From Kofleriaceae bacterium (GTDB taxonomy: Bacteria; Myxococcota_A; Polyangia; Haliangiales; Haliangiaceae): a DNA stretch of 64,000 bases. The stretch is taken from contig JBKJLC010000222.1 of NCBI GenBank assembly GCA_046597055.1, positions 6,777-70,776 on the forward strand, given 5' to 3'. The notes under the pieces are model-generated. The model made no database searches. It had not been told where the DNA came from and worked only from the letters and a program-made list of their open reading frames with translations. This document shows positions 48,793 to 58,300 of the stretch, piece by piece (the stretch's first letter is position 1; the number at the start of each line of letters is the position of its first letter). A program made the position numbers and the translations under genes.

Positions 48793-50118
48793 TCACTCGC
48801 AGGGCAGCGCGCAGCGAACGTCGAGGCTGGTATCGAAGGGCAGCAACCGGTCGCCCAGCTCGGCCCGGACCGCGACCAGGGGGCCAGGACAGGCGAGGTC
48901 GTCCACACCAGCGCGCAGGCACGGCGTGCCGTCCGCATGACCGGCGGCGCCGCACCAGGGCAGCGCGGCGATCGACACCCGCTCGCCCGAGGGCAGCTCC
49001 CGCACCAGCTCCGCCGTACACTCGGCCTGCACACCGGGCACCAGCGGCACGCGATCGAGCTCGTCGTCGAAGCAGACCGCATCGCCGACGAGCGGACGGG
49101 CGTTGCCGAACAACAGGAACGCCTGGACCCAGTCGGTTTCGGCGCACACGTCGACCGGGGTGCTCGTGTCGAGCGCCGCGAGCCCGGCCAGGCGCGGTGC
49201 CGGCCCCACACCGGCCCCACTCGCGCAGACCGTGGCGAGCTTCGGCCCGGGCGCGACCAGGACCTCGGCGCGCCCCGACACCACCGCGAAATGCACCAGG
49301 CGCGCATCGCCGTAGGCGGTCCGTTGGATCAGGTGCGCGATCGTGGCCTGGACGTCGACGAGGCCGCCATCGCTGCGCGCGACACAGTTGGTGCGGGGCC
49401 CGGGCGCGGCCGGGTCGGCCGGGTCGCAGCGGACGCCACGGGCAAAGCACTGGAAGTCGACCGCGGCCTCGACATCGGCGGCGCCGGCCACACCGGCCAG
49501 CACGCCGGGTTCGACCAGCGAGCAGTCGTCGCTGTCGGTGATGATCGCCACCAGAAGCCGTGCGTGCTCCCGGCGGAAGCCATCGTTGGCGGGCTGGCTG
49601 CCGTCGAGCGCGAGCGTCGCAGCAGCCAGTGGCTGACTGACGGGACAGGTCGACCGCGGCACGTCGAGCAGGCACGCGAACGCGTCGGTGAGCTCGCCCG
49701 GGTAGTTGCGCACGTGGCTGTCGTCGTTCAGCCGTCGGTCGGTCAGGAACGCGCCGGTGAGGCCGCAGCGGGCTCCGCCCTGCATCGCCCCCGGCGCGCG
49801 CGGGGCCTCGCAGCCGGGCACGGCGGCGGCACCGAGATCGCTGGCGACCACGCCCACGTGCATGTCGATGCCACCTTCGCGAGCGAGCAAGGCGACCTCG
49901 CGCAGGTTGGCCGCCAGCGTGGGCGTCTGGTCGGCCATCGACGGGGAGACGTCGACCACGAACAGAACGTCGAGCGCCGCCGGTGGATGGATCGGCCAGA
50001 CGAGCCGCTCCTCGATGGCGCAGACCTGCGGCAGCTCGTCCGCGGTGTCGGCGTCGAGACAGGCGCCGAGCAGCAGGACTGCCAGCCAGGCAAGGAGCGC
50101 AGTGAAGCAGCGCGACAT
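48793..50118 (-). CDS. Cys-rich lipoprotein with vWA-like domain
   Basis: Track ORF trimmed to the ATG at 50116-50118 (MSRCFTALLAWLAVLLLGAC lipobox). 'VLFVVDVSPSM' is a MIDAS DxSxS motif. There are many Cys (about 20). Confidence 0.7.
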   Translation of the reverse strand: MSRCFTALLAWLAVLLLGACLDADTADELPQVCAIEERLVWPIHPPAALDVLFVVDVSPSMADQTPTLAANLREVALLAREGGIDMHVGVVASDLGAAAVPGCEAPRAPGAMQGGARCGLTGAFLTDRRLNDDSHVRNYPGELTDAFACLLDVPRSTCPVSQPLAAATLALDGSQPANDGFRREHARLLVAIITDSDDCSLVEPGVLAGVAGAADVEAAVDFQCFARGVRCDPADPAAPGPRTNCVARSDGGLVDVQATIAHLIQRTAYGDARLVHFAVVSGRAEVLVAPGPKLATVCASGAGVGPAPRLAGLAALDTSTPVDVCAETDWVQAFLLFGNARPLVGDAVCFDDELDRVPLVPGVQAECTAELVRELPSGERVSIAALPWCGAAGHADGTPCLRAGVDDLACPGPLVAVRAELGDRLLPFDTSLDVRCALPCE

Positions 50119-50248
50119 GACAGCCCCGTACTGCAACCGACGTACCTGTCGGCGCCGAGAGGTTGCAGCCAGTTGCCGAGCTCCGCGCTGCCAACATGCG
50201 TGCGACCGCCAACCGCGTTGGCGGGCGGCTCGTCTACGATGCCGGCTC

Positions 50249-50998
50249 GTGCCGCTCTCCACCGACGAGCTGATCGTCCTCGCGCTCGTGCTCGGCGCCG
50301 GCAGCTTCGTCGAGGCGGTCGCGGGCTTCGGCGGCACCGTCCTCGCGCTCTCGCTCGGCGCGCGCTGGTTCACGATCGAGCAGCTGCTCGGCTGGTTCCT
50401 CCCGATCAACCTGATCTTGTCGACCACGCTCGCGGTGCGCGGGCGCCGGTCGATCGAGGGCCACCTGCTCGCGACCCGCATCCTGCCCATAATCCTGATC
50501 GGGCTGGCCGGTGGCACCGCGCTGGCGTGGGTGGTCGACGCCCAGCGGGCGCGCGCCCTGTTCGCCGGCCTGGTCATCGTGGTCGCGCTCGCCGAGCTCG
50601 GTGGTCACCTCCGCGCCGGCGAGCGTCGGCCCCCACCACCCACGATCCAGCGCGGGCTGCTGCTCGGGGCCGGCGTGATCCACGGCCTGTTCGCCACCGG
50701 CGGACCCCTCGCGGTGGCCGTGATCGCGCGGCTGATCACGACCAAGGCGGCGCTGCGCGCCACGCTTGCCGTGATGTGGCTGACGCTCAACGTGATCGTG
50801 CTGGCCCGCCTGGCCAGCCGCGGCCACCTCACCGCCACCACGCTCACGGTGTCGGCGCTGCTGCTCCCTGCGATGCTGACCGGCCTCGGCGTCGGCGAGC
50901 TCGTACATCACCGGGTCAGCGAGCACGGCTTTCGCCGCGCGGTCGCCGTGCTCCTGCTCGTCACCGGCGTGCTGCTGCTGCTCGCGTCGCTGCGGTGA
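50249..50998 (+). CDS. TauE/SafE (DUF81) family anion-exporter membrane protein
   Basis: The hydrophobic multi-TM part of track ORF 49706..50998 begins around the GTG at 50249 (VPLSTDELIVLALVLGAGSFVEAVAGFGG). 'GLFATGGP' and the ~250-aa size fit TauE. The start is uncertain. Confidence 0.65.
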   Translation: MPLSTDELIVLALVLGAGSFVEAVAGFGGTVLALSLGARWFTIEQLLGWFLPINLILSTTLAVRGRRSIEGHLLATRILPIILIGLAGGTALAWVVDAQRARALFAGLVIVVALAELGGHLRAGERRPPPPTIQRGLLLGAGVIHGLFATGGPLAVAVIARLITTKAALRATLAVMWLTLNVIVLARLASRGHLTATTLTVSALLLPAMLTGLGVGELVHHRVSEHGFRRAVAVLLLVTGVLLLLASLR

Positions 50999-51092
50999 CC
51001 GGGCCGCCACCCCGACGGCGCCGCCAGCGATCTGCCGGGTCTTGCGCGAAACTGCGCGACCGCGACGAGCCCGAGGACGCTACCAACAAGGC

Positions 51093-51656
51093 ATGCAACC
51101 ACGGTTCATGCTGGCCGGCCTGTGCCTCGCGACCGTCCTTGCGCCCGGCTCGGCTGGCGCCGACGCGCGTCGGCACGCCGCCCACGGCATCCTCGGCGTC
51201 GCGACCCCGGTCGGTACGCTCGGCGGCGAGCTCGAATGGATGGTGGCCGACGAGCTGAGCCTGTCCGGAGGCATCGGTGTGTCCGGGTCCGGGCCGCAGA
51301 TCGCCGTGATGCCGCGGTACCAGCTCCCGGTCGGGACGCGCGCCTGGCTCGGGCTTGGCCTCGGGCTGTCCGGCGGGCCGTACACGTGGAAGGAATTTTG
51401 CCTGGGCGGGTCCGGCTGCACCGAGCGGACGGCGACCTTCGCCCTCTGGGGCAACGCCGAGCTGTCGGGCGCCTGGCAGTGGCGCAACGGCATGAGCCTG
51501 CGGATCTTCTTGGGCGTCGGGCAGGTCCTCAACCCGGGCGCGCTGACCTGCGACTTTTACGATCGCTCCAACTACTGCAAGGCCGAGGACGAGGCGTCCG
51601 GCGAGCGGTTGCCCTCGTTCGGGCTCGCGTACGGCGGCGCGTTCGGCCCGCGCTGA
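51093..51656 (+). CDS. Small secreted, probably outer-membrane beta-barrel protein
   Basis: Track ORF trimmed to the ATG at 51093 (MQPRFMLAGLCLATVLAPGSAGA signal). It is Gly-rich with alternating strands and ends in an aromatic-containing 'FGLAYGGAFGPR'. Confidence 0.45.
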   Translation: MQPRFMLAGLCLATVLAPGSAGADARRHAAHGILGVATPVGTLGGELEWMVADELSLSGGIGVSGSGPQIAVMPRYQLPVGTRAWLGLGLGLSGGPYTWKEFCLGGSGCTERTATFALWGNAELSGAWQWRNGMSLRIFLGVGQVLNPGALTCDFYDRSNYCKAEDEASGERLPSFGLAYGGAFGPR

Positions 51657-51890
51657 GGAGACGAGCGCCCGGCTGTGACGCCACGCGCGCCGGCGGTCAT
51701 TCCGACGGGGCCGCGGCCAGCGTCTGCTCCGCCGCGGCCAGCTCGTCGGCAGACATCCGCCGGTAGTACTGGCCAGCCAGCGCCTCGTCATCGATCTCCG
51801 GCGCTGCAGGGGCAGCAGTCTCGGCGATCGCACGCGGGGACCCACGGGCGGCCGCGCGCCCACCGTCCCGAAGGGGAGATATAGGTGACA

Positions 51891-51905
51891 ACGTAAACTT
51901 TACGT
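51891..51905. promoter_or_regulatory. Perfect 7-1-7 palindrome, candidate TetR operator
   Basis: ACGTAAA-C-TTTACGT sits in a locally AT-richer patch, 16 nt upstream of the TetR GTG start (51921). Confidence 0.5.
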
Positions 51906-51920
51906 CGTACATCTTCACTC

Positions 51921-52553
51921 GTGGGTCGTGCCGCGCTGACCGCCGAGGACCATGCCGCCTTCCGTCGGGCGATGCGGGACGTCGCGACCCGCCGGTTCGC
52001 CGACCACGGCGAGCGCGGCGTGACGATGCGAGGGCTCGCCGAGGACCTGGGCTGCAGCCCGATGACGCCGTACCGGTACTTTCGCGACAAGGACGAGATC
52101 CTCGGGGTGGTGCGCGTGGCCGCCTTCGAGGCATTCGCCATCGCGCAGGAGCTCGCGTTCGCCACCGAGCGGCACCCGGTGCGCCGGCTGCACGTGCTGG
52201 CCCGCGCCTACGCGACGCACGCGCTCGCCCACGCGGATGAGTACCGCGTGATGTTCCAGCTCGTGCAACCGGAACGCGACAGCTCCGACCTCGGCCGCGT
52301 CGTGCGCCGCGGCTGGCTGCCGTTGCGTACGACCGTGGACGAGGCCATCACCGCCGGCGCGATCGCGGGCGACCCCGACGAGCTGGCCCACGTGTGCTGG
52401 GCCGCCCTGCACGGGCTGGTCACGCTGCACCTCGCCGGCAAGCTGCGGCTCGGTCGCGAGCTCGAGCACCTGATCGTTCCGATGATCGACCGCCTGTGCG
52501 GCGTCCGATCATCAGCGCGCAAGCCGACCCCACCCCGAAAGAGATCGCGATGA
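51921..52553 (+). CDS. TetR/AcrR-family transcriptional regulator
   Basis: N-terminal HTH 'VTMRGLAEDLGCSPMTPYRYFRDKDEIL' followed by a helical ligand domain. Confidence 0.85.
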   Translation: MGRAALTAEDHAAFRRAMRDVATRRFADHGERGVTMRGLAEDLGCSPMTPYRYFRDKDEILGVVRVAAFEAFAIAQELAFATERHPVRRLHVLARAYATHALAHADEYRVMFQLVQPERDSSDLGRVVRRGWLPLRTTVDEAITAGAIAGDPDELAHVCWAALHGLVTLHLAGKLRLGRELEHLIVPMIDRLCGVRSSARKPTPPRKRSR

Positions 52554-52990
52554 GCAACCTTTCCCGTTTCCTGGCGTACGCCGCAGCCTTCGAACAGACC
52601 TACCTCGACGACGACTGGAGCCGGCTCGCGCCGTTCTTCACCGAAGACGCCGTGTACGAGGTGACCGGCCTGGGCAAGCCGTACCTGCTGAGGGGTCGGG
52701 ACGAGATCTTCCGCGGCATGCGGCGCTCGCTCGACGGCTTCGACCGCCGGCTGGACGGCCGCGAGATCGTGCCGTCGGCGCCGCCGTCGGAAGTGGATGG
52801 ACGGGTGAACCTGACCGGCGTGGTCCGCTACCGCCGGGCCGGCGCGCCCGACGGCGAGCTCGCAGCCACGATCGTCGCGGTGTTCGACGGAGATCGTATC
52901 TGCCACATGCACGACACGTTCACCCTCGATCACCCTGCGATAATCTGGCTCGCCACCCACGCCGCCGACCTCGACGGCTCGTACGCCTGA
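52550..52990 (+). CDS. SnoaL/NTF2-like fold protein
   Basis: The ATG overlaps the TetR stop (ATGA at 52550-52553). 146 aa. 'FFTEDAVYEV' and the overall size fit SnoaL-like polyketide-cyclase/NTF2 proteins. Confidence 0.6.
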   Translation: MSNLSRFLAYAAAFEQTYLDDDWSRLAPFFTEDAVYEVTGLGKPYLLRGRDEIFRGMRRSLDGFDRRLDGREIVPSAPPSEVDGRVNLTGVVRYRRAGAPDGELAATIVAVFDGDRICHMHDTFTLDHPAIIWLATHAADLDGSYA

Positions 52991-53215
52991 GCGCCGTGCC
53001 AGGCACCAGTGCACCGCAGACGCTGCCGCGCACTCGCGCGATCCATTGAGGCTGCCGATCATCGAACCTGCCCGATCGTGGTGCTCCTCGGACCGCACGA
53101 GCGCGGTCCCTGCCGGACGGCCCGAGGTCGGCCAGGCGGCATTCGCTGGCAACCAGTCGCTACCGCCGAGAACACCGGCACTCGCCGCCCCGCCGCGCAG
53201 TACCGTGGCGTCCCC

Positions 53216-53596
53216 ATGCGCTCCGCCGCCGTCGCCCTCGCCCTCGTCGCACTCGCCGCTTGTGGCGACAGCTCGTCGTCGCGAACCGTCGACGCGGCGA
53301 CCGGCGGACCCGCCATCGCGGCCTGCGCCGACGTCGACGCGACCACGCTGACCAGCGCCACGATCGACGACCTGGTCGCGCGGTACCAGGGGCGCGCCTG
53401 TACGAGCCCGCTGGCTGGGGGCGACCGGGGCCTCCAGCAGGAGTGTCAGTACGGAGCCCAGCTCTCGGTCTGCGGCCAGAGCGCGGGGCTCGCCCAGCTC
53501 GGCTGCCGGTGCGAGGAAGGGGGCCTGTTCTGCTCCAACGGCGAGGCCATCAAGGCCGGGCAAGAGCGCCTGTGCGGCGATGCCGGCGTAGAGTGA
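53216..53596 (+). CDS. Small Cys-rich lipoprotein
   Basis: Track ORF trimmed to the ATG at 53216 (MRSAAVALALVALAAC lipobox). 9 Cys. Confidence 0.6.
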   Translation: MRSAAVALALVALAACGDSSSSRTVDAATGGPAIAACADVDATTLTSATIDDLVARYQGRACTSPLAGGDRGLQQECQYGAQLSVCGQSAGLAQLGCRCEEGGLFCSNGEAIKAGQERLCGDAGVE

Positions 53597-53737
53597 CACC
53601 GCGCCGACGCCCCGGGGCGCGCTGGGCATCTGCATCAGGAGCCCGCATGAGCCGAGGATCGCACCCCGGCAGCCCATCACTGAACGGCCCGTCCGCGCGC
53701 CGGCGCACCGTGCCGGGTGCGCCGGCGCAGGCTCACG

Positions 53738-55201
53738 TCAGGGACCGTAGAGGGTGCCCTGCGGGGCGCCGGTTTGCATGAGGCGCAGCAGCTCGCGGCC
53801 CAGCGCGACCTCGACGTCGAGCGCGGGCTCGGCCAGCGCCGCGGCGTCGGCCTCGAAGCGATCGGCCGCGGCCTGCATGATCGCCAGTGCCGCGTCCCGG
53901 TCATTGCCGTACTGGTCGGCGGCGTCGTGCATGCCCGACACCAGCAGCGCCAGCGCGGTCGTGCGCGCGGTCGACGCCTGCGCGAACCACTGGCCGCGGT
54001 CGTCGAGGTTGCCGTCACGCGCGACGTGGAGCGCGCTGGTCCGCGTCACGCCGGCCGGGTTCCGCCACGACAGGTCGAGGTCGGCGGCGAGCCCGTCGAG
54101 CGCGGCCAGCTCGGTCTCGCGCAGCGACACCAGCAGGGCGCCGCGTCGCTTCGACAGGAACACGGTCGCGACCTCGAGGCTGGGATCCTCGGCGAAGCCG
54201 GCCGGGAAGCCGTAGCCATCGGCGATCGCCAGTCCGGGCGCCGGACGCACCGCGACCGCGAGGTCGTAGGCGATCGGCGCGGTGAACCACGGGAACTCGT
54301 CCGCGATCAGCGCGCTGACGTGCTCGGGCCTCTGGAGGCTGAACGCGTTGGCGCCGCGCACCTGCGCCATGCTCTGCAGCACCTCGGGGCCGACGCCGAG
54401 CCCGAGCGCGAGCACGGTCAGGTGCACGCCGTCGTCAGCACCGGCCGCCGCCATCTGCTCGAACTCGCTGGGCGCGGTCGCGCCGACGTTGGGCTGCACG
54501 TCGGTGAACAGCACCAGCCGCACGTTCTGCTGCCCGGCGGCGCGCGCCTGCCGGCCGAGCTCGTAGGCGCGGCGCAGGCCGCCCTCCATGTCGGTCGACC
54601 CGGCCTCGCGCAGCTGATCGATCGCCGCGCTGATGCGGGCCTGGTCCGAGCCGCGGGTCAGGCCCAGCGGGGTCGCGATCTCGCTGCCGTACGTGACGAT
54701 GGCGACCTGATCGCCGGCGTCGACCTGATCGGCGAGCGCGTGCAGGGTCGCGCGCGACAGCCAGCCCGGGGTCGGGTACGCCTCGCTGCCGTTGCTCCAG
54801 CCCATCGATCCCGACACGTCGACCGTGAAGATGAAGGTGGTCGGCGGCCGCACGAACCGGTCGGGATCGACGTTCGACGACATCCCGACCTGCAGCCAGC
54901 CGCGCGCGGCACCGGCCCGGTCGGGCGCGACCCCGGCCGCGGCCCGCAGGCACAGCGTGTCGTTGCAGGGCGCGCCGGTGAGCCCGAGGTCGTGCTCGGC
55001 GAACATGCCCTCGACCAGCAGCGCGCCGGGAGGCGGGACCCGGCCGCTCGCGATCAGCTCGCGCGCCAGGCTCATGTCTTTCACGCCGCCCGGGGTCGCG
55101 CCGAAGTCGCCGCCGGTGGGGCTGCCACTGTAGGCATCCACCGAACCGCACGCGGCCACCAGGGTCAGGAATAGATACCGGAGCGAGCGGAGCGGCTTCA
55201 T
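53738..55201 (-). CDS. vWA-domain lipoprotein (YfbK-like architecture)
   Basis: Track ORF trimmed to MKPLRSLRYLFLTLVAAC (lipobox). 'FIFTVDVSGSM' is the MIDAS motif. 'VAIVTYGS', 'GSTDMEGGL' and 'RLVLFTDVQPNVG' are present. The C-terminal region resembles the DUF3520-type extension. Confidence 0.8.
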   Translation of the reverse strand: MKPLRSLRYLFLTLVAACGSVDAYSGSPTGGDFGATPGGVKDMSLARELIASGRVPPPGALLVEGMFAEHDLGLTGAPCNDTLCLRAAAGVAPDRAGAARGWLQVGMSSNVDPDRFVRPPTTFIFTVDVSGSMGWSNGSEAYPTPGWLSRATLHALADQVDAGDQVAIVTYGSEIATPLGLTRGSDQARISAAIDQLREAGSTDMEGGLRRAYELGRQARAAGQQNVRLVLFTDVQPNVGATAPSEFEQMAAAGADDGVHLTVLALGLGVGPEVLQSMAQVRGANAFSLQRPEHVSALIADEFPWFTAPIAYDLAVAVRPAPGLAIADGYGFPAGFAEDPSLEVATVFLSKRRGALLVSLRETELAALDGLAADLDLSWRNPAGVTRTSALHVARDGNLDDRGQWFAQASTARTTALALLVSGMHDAADQYGNDRDAALAIMQAAADRFEADAAALAEPALDVEVALGRELLRLMQTGAPQGTLYGP

Positions 55202-55326
55202 GAGCCGTGGCCCATCGCATCCGGCGTACCAGGTGACCGCCACGGGTTCCGCATCGTTGGCGCCGGCGCGCTGCGATCGCCCGGCAGGTTCCGGACATCC
55301 ATGTCACGGGCCTATACTCGCGCGCG

Positions 55327-58300
55327 ATGGAACCTGACGCGCCCGCTCCTCGCCGTGGTTCGGCCACCGCTCGCCGGCGCCGCAAGGTCGCGTGGACCAA
55401 GCGGCTGCGCCGGGTCGGGATGGCCTGGCAGAACGCGCTCGAGATCATGCGCGCCGGCCGGCTCACCGCCCCCTACGGCGCGCCGTTCGAGGTCGTCCAC
55501 GCGACCCCCATCTACCGGCTGCGTCATTACCGCAACAGCGACACCACGCCCGCCACCACGCCGCCGCTGCTGCTGGTGCCGCCGCTCATGGTCGCCAGCG
55601 AGGTCTACGACATCGCGCCCGATGTGAGCGCGATCGCGTACCTGACCCGCAGCGGCGTCGACGTGTGGGTCGTCGACTTCGGCGCCCCCGAGCGCGAGGA
55701 GGGCGGCCTCGAGCGCACGCTCGACGATCACGTGCGCGGGGTGTCCGAGGCGATCGACCAGGTCCGCCAGCGCACTGGCCAGGACGTCCACCTCGCCGGC
55801 TACTCGCAGGGCGGCATGTTTGCCTACCAGGCGGCGGCCTACCGGCGCAGCGCTGGCATCGCGTCGATCATCACGATGGGCAGCCCGGTCGACATCCACC
55901 GCACGGTGCCGCTCGCCGAGCAGCTGGTCGAGCGCATGGTGTCGGGGCTGTCGCGCGCGATCGCGGGACCACTCGCGCACATCGACCGCCTGCCCGGCCG
56001 GGTCACCTCGACCGGCTTCAAGCTGCTGAGCGTGCGCAAGGAGGCCGGCCAGCTGGTCGAGTTCGTGCGCAAGCTGCACGACCGCTCGGCGCTCGAGAAG
56101 CGCGAGGCCCGGCGCTTGTTCCTGGGCGGTGCCGGCTTCGTGGCCTGGCCGGGCCCGGCGCTGCGCAAGTTCATCAGCGAGATCGTGGTCGCCAACCGGA
56201 TGACCTCGGGCGGCATCGTGATCGACGGCCACACCACGACCCTGGCCGACATCGACTCGCCGATCCTCTACTTCTTCGGCGAGCGCGACACCATGGGCCG
56301 GCCCGCGGCGGTGCGCGGCATCCGCAAGGCGGCGCCGGCGGCCGACATGATCTACGAGGTGGCGGTCAAGGCCGGCCACTTCGGGCTGGTGGTCGGCTCG
56401 ACCGCGCTGACCGTGACCTGGCCGACCGTGGTCGAGTGGATCCGCTGGCAAGCCGGCGACGGCCCCCGCCCGGCGCGGATGGTCGAGCCCGGCGCCACCA
56501 CGTCGATCCCGACGATCGGCCCCGACGACGAGGACGCGGACGACGACGTCGAGGACGATGACATCGACACCGCGTTCGGCGAGATGCAGTTCGATCTCGA
56601 GCTGGTGCAGGACGTGCTGGGCAAGACCGCGCGCGCGGTGATGGAGCGGGTCGGCGACGTCACCCAGGACGTGTCCGACTACCTCGACAACCTGCGCTGG
56701 CAGGTGCCGCGCCTGCACCGGCTGCGCAGCCTGCGCGACGACACCGCGATCTCGCTCGGCAAGGAGCTCGCCGAACAGGCCCGCGAGATCCCCGATCAGA
56801 CCTTCTTCATGTGGCGCGACCGCGCGTTCACGTACGCCGACGCCAACCGCCGGGTCGACGCGGTGGTCCGCGGCCTCATCCAGTCCGGCGTCCGCCCCGG
56901 CCACAAGGTCGCGGTCGTGATGCAGAGCCGGCCCAGCTACCTGTCGGTGGTCGCCGCGCTGTCGCGGCTGGGCGCGGTCGCGGTGCTGATCGCGCCGGCG
57001 ACGCTGGCGTCGGCGCTCACCCGCGCGCTCGACGTCGGCGAGGCCGAGCGGGTGATCACGGATCCCGAGACCGTGGCGGCGGTGCGGACCAGCTGGGCCG
57101 GGCCGCTGTTCGTCCTCGGGGCCGCCCACGACCAGCGCGCGCTGCCGCCCGGCGTGGTCGACCTCGAGCAGATCGATCCCGACGCGGTCGTGATGCCGAC
57201 CTGGTTCCGTCCGGATCCCGGACGCGCGCGCGACCTGGCGCTGGTGTTCGTGTCCGGCGGTCGCTTCGAGACCCCGCGGGCCAGCCGCATCACCAACCGG
57301 CGCTGGGCGTTCTCGGCGCTCGGCGCCGCCGCCACCTGCACGCTGACCAACCGCGACACCGTGTATTGCTGCCTGCCGCTGCACCACCCGACCGCGATGC
57401 TGGTCGCCGCCGGCAGCGCGCTGTGCGGCGGCGCGCGGCTGGCGCTGGCGTCGCGGTTCGCGCCCGACGTGTTCTGGGCGGAGGTCCGGCGCTACGGCGT
57501 CACCGTGGTCTTCTACGCCGGCGAGATGTGCCGCTCGCTGGTGCGGGCGCCGTTCGCGATCGGCGAGCAGAACCATCCGGTCCGCCTGTTCGCCGGCTCC
57601 GGCATGCGCCCGGATCTCTGGCGCAAGCTGACCGAGCGGTTCGGCTCGGGCGTGCTCGAGTTCTACGCGTCGACCGAGGCGTCGGCCGTGCTCGCCAACG
57701 CCTCGGGCGAGAAGATCGGCGCGGTCGGCCGGCCGCTGCCCGGCAGCCCCGAGCTGGCGATCGCGGCCTACGACTTCGACGCCGACGACCTGGTGCGCGA
57801 CGGCAACGGCCGGGTGACCCGGGCCCGGGTCGATCAGCCCGGCATGCTGATCGCGCGCCTCGACACCGCGCGCGGCATCGCCGATCTCGCGCATATCGCG
57901 CCGACCCGGCTGCTGCGCGACGCGCTGGCCCCGGGCGACACCTGGTACGCCAGCGGCGATCTGCTCAAGATCGACGGCGACGGCGACCACTGGTTCGTCG
58001 ACCGGCACGGCGACATGATCCGGACCACGGGCGGACCGGTCGCCAGCCGCCTGATCGAGGACGCGCTCCACCAGGTCCCGGGCGTCGACGCGTGCGTCGC
58101 GATCGGGTTGGCCGACGTCGAGCGCGTCGGCAAGCAGGTCGCCGCGGCCGCGTTCGCGCTCGCGCCCGGCGCCACGCTGGACTTGACCGCGCTCGGCCAG
58201 GCGATCGCGACCCTGCCCGACCACGCCCGCCCGCGCCGGCTACGCCGGGTCGAGGCGATCCCGATGACCGACGGCTTCCGCCCGCTCAAGAAGCCGATCC

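Noticed and set aside
51697-51912. 71-codon minus-strand ORF divergent from the TetR gene.
   Set aside because: It is not listed as a feature. The first third has weak codon bias and no RBS, and the ATG lies 5 nt from the operator palindrome. It is kept only as a possibility within the TetR-operator finding.
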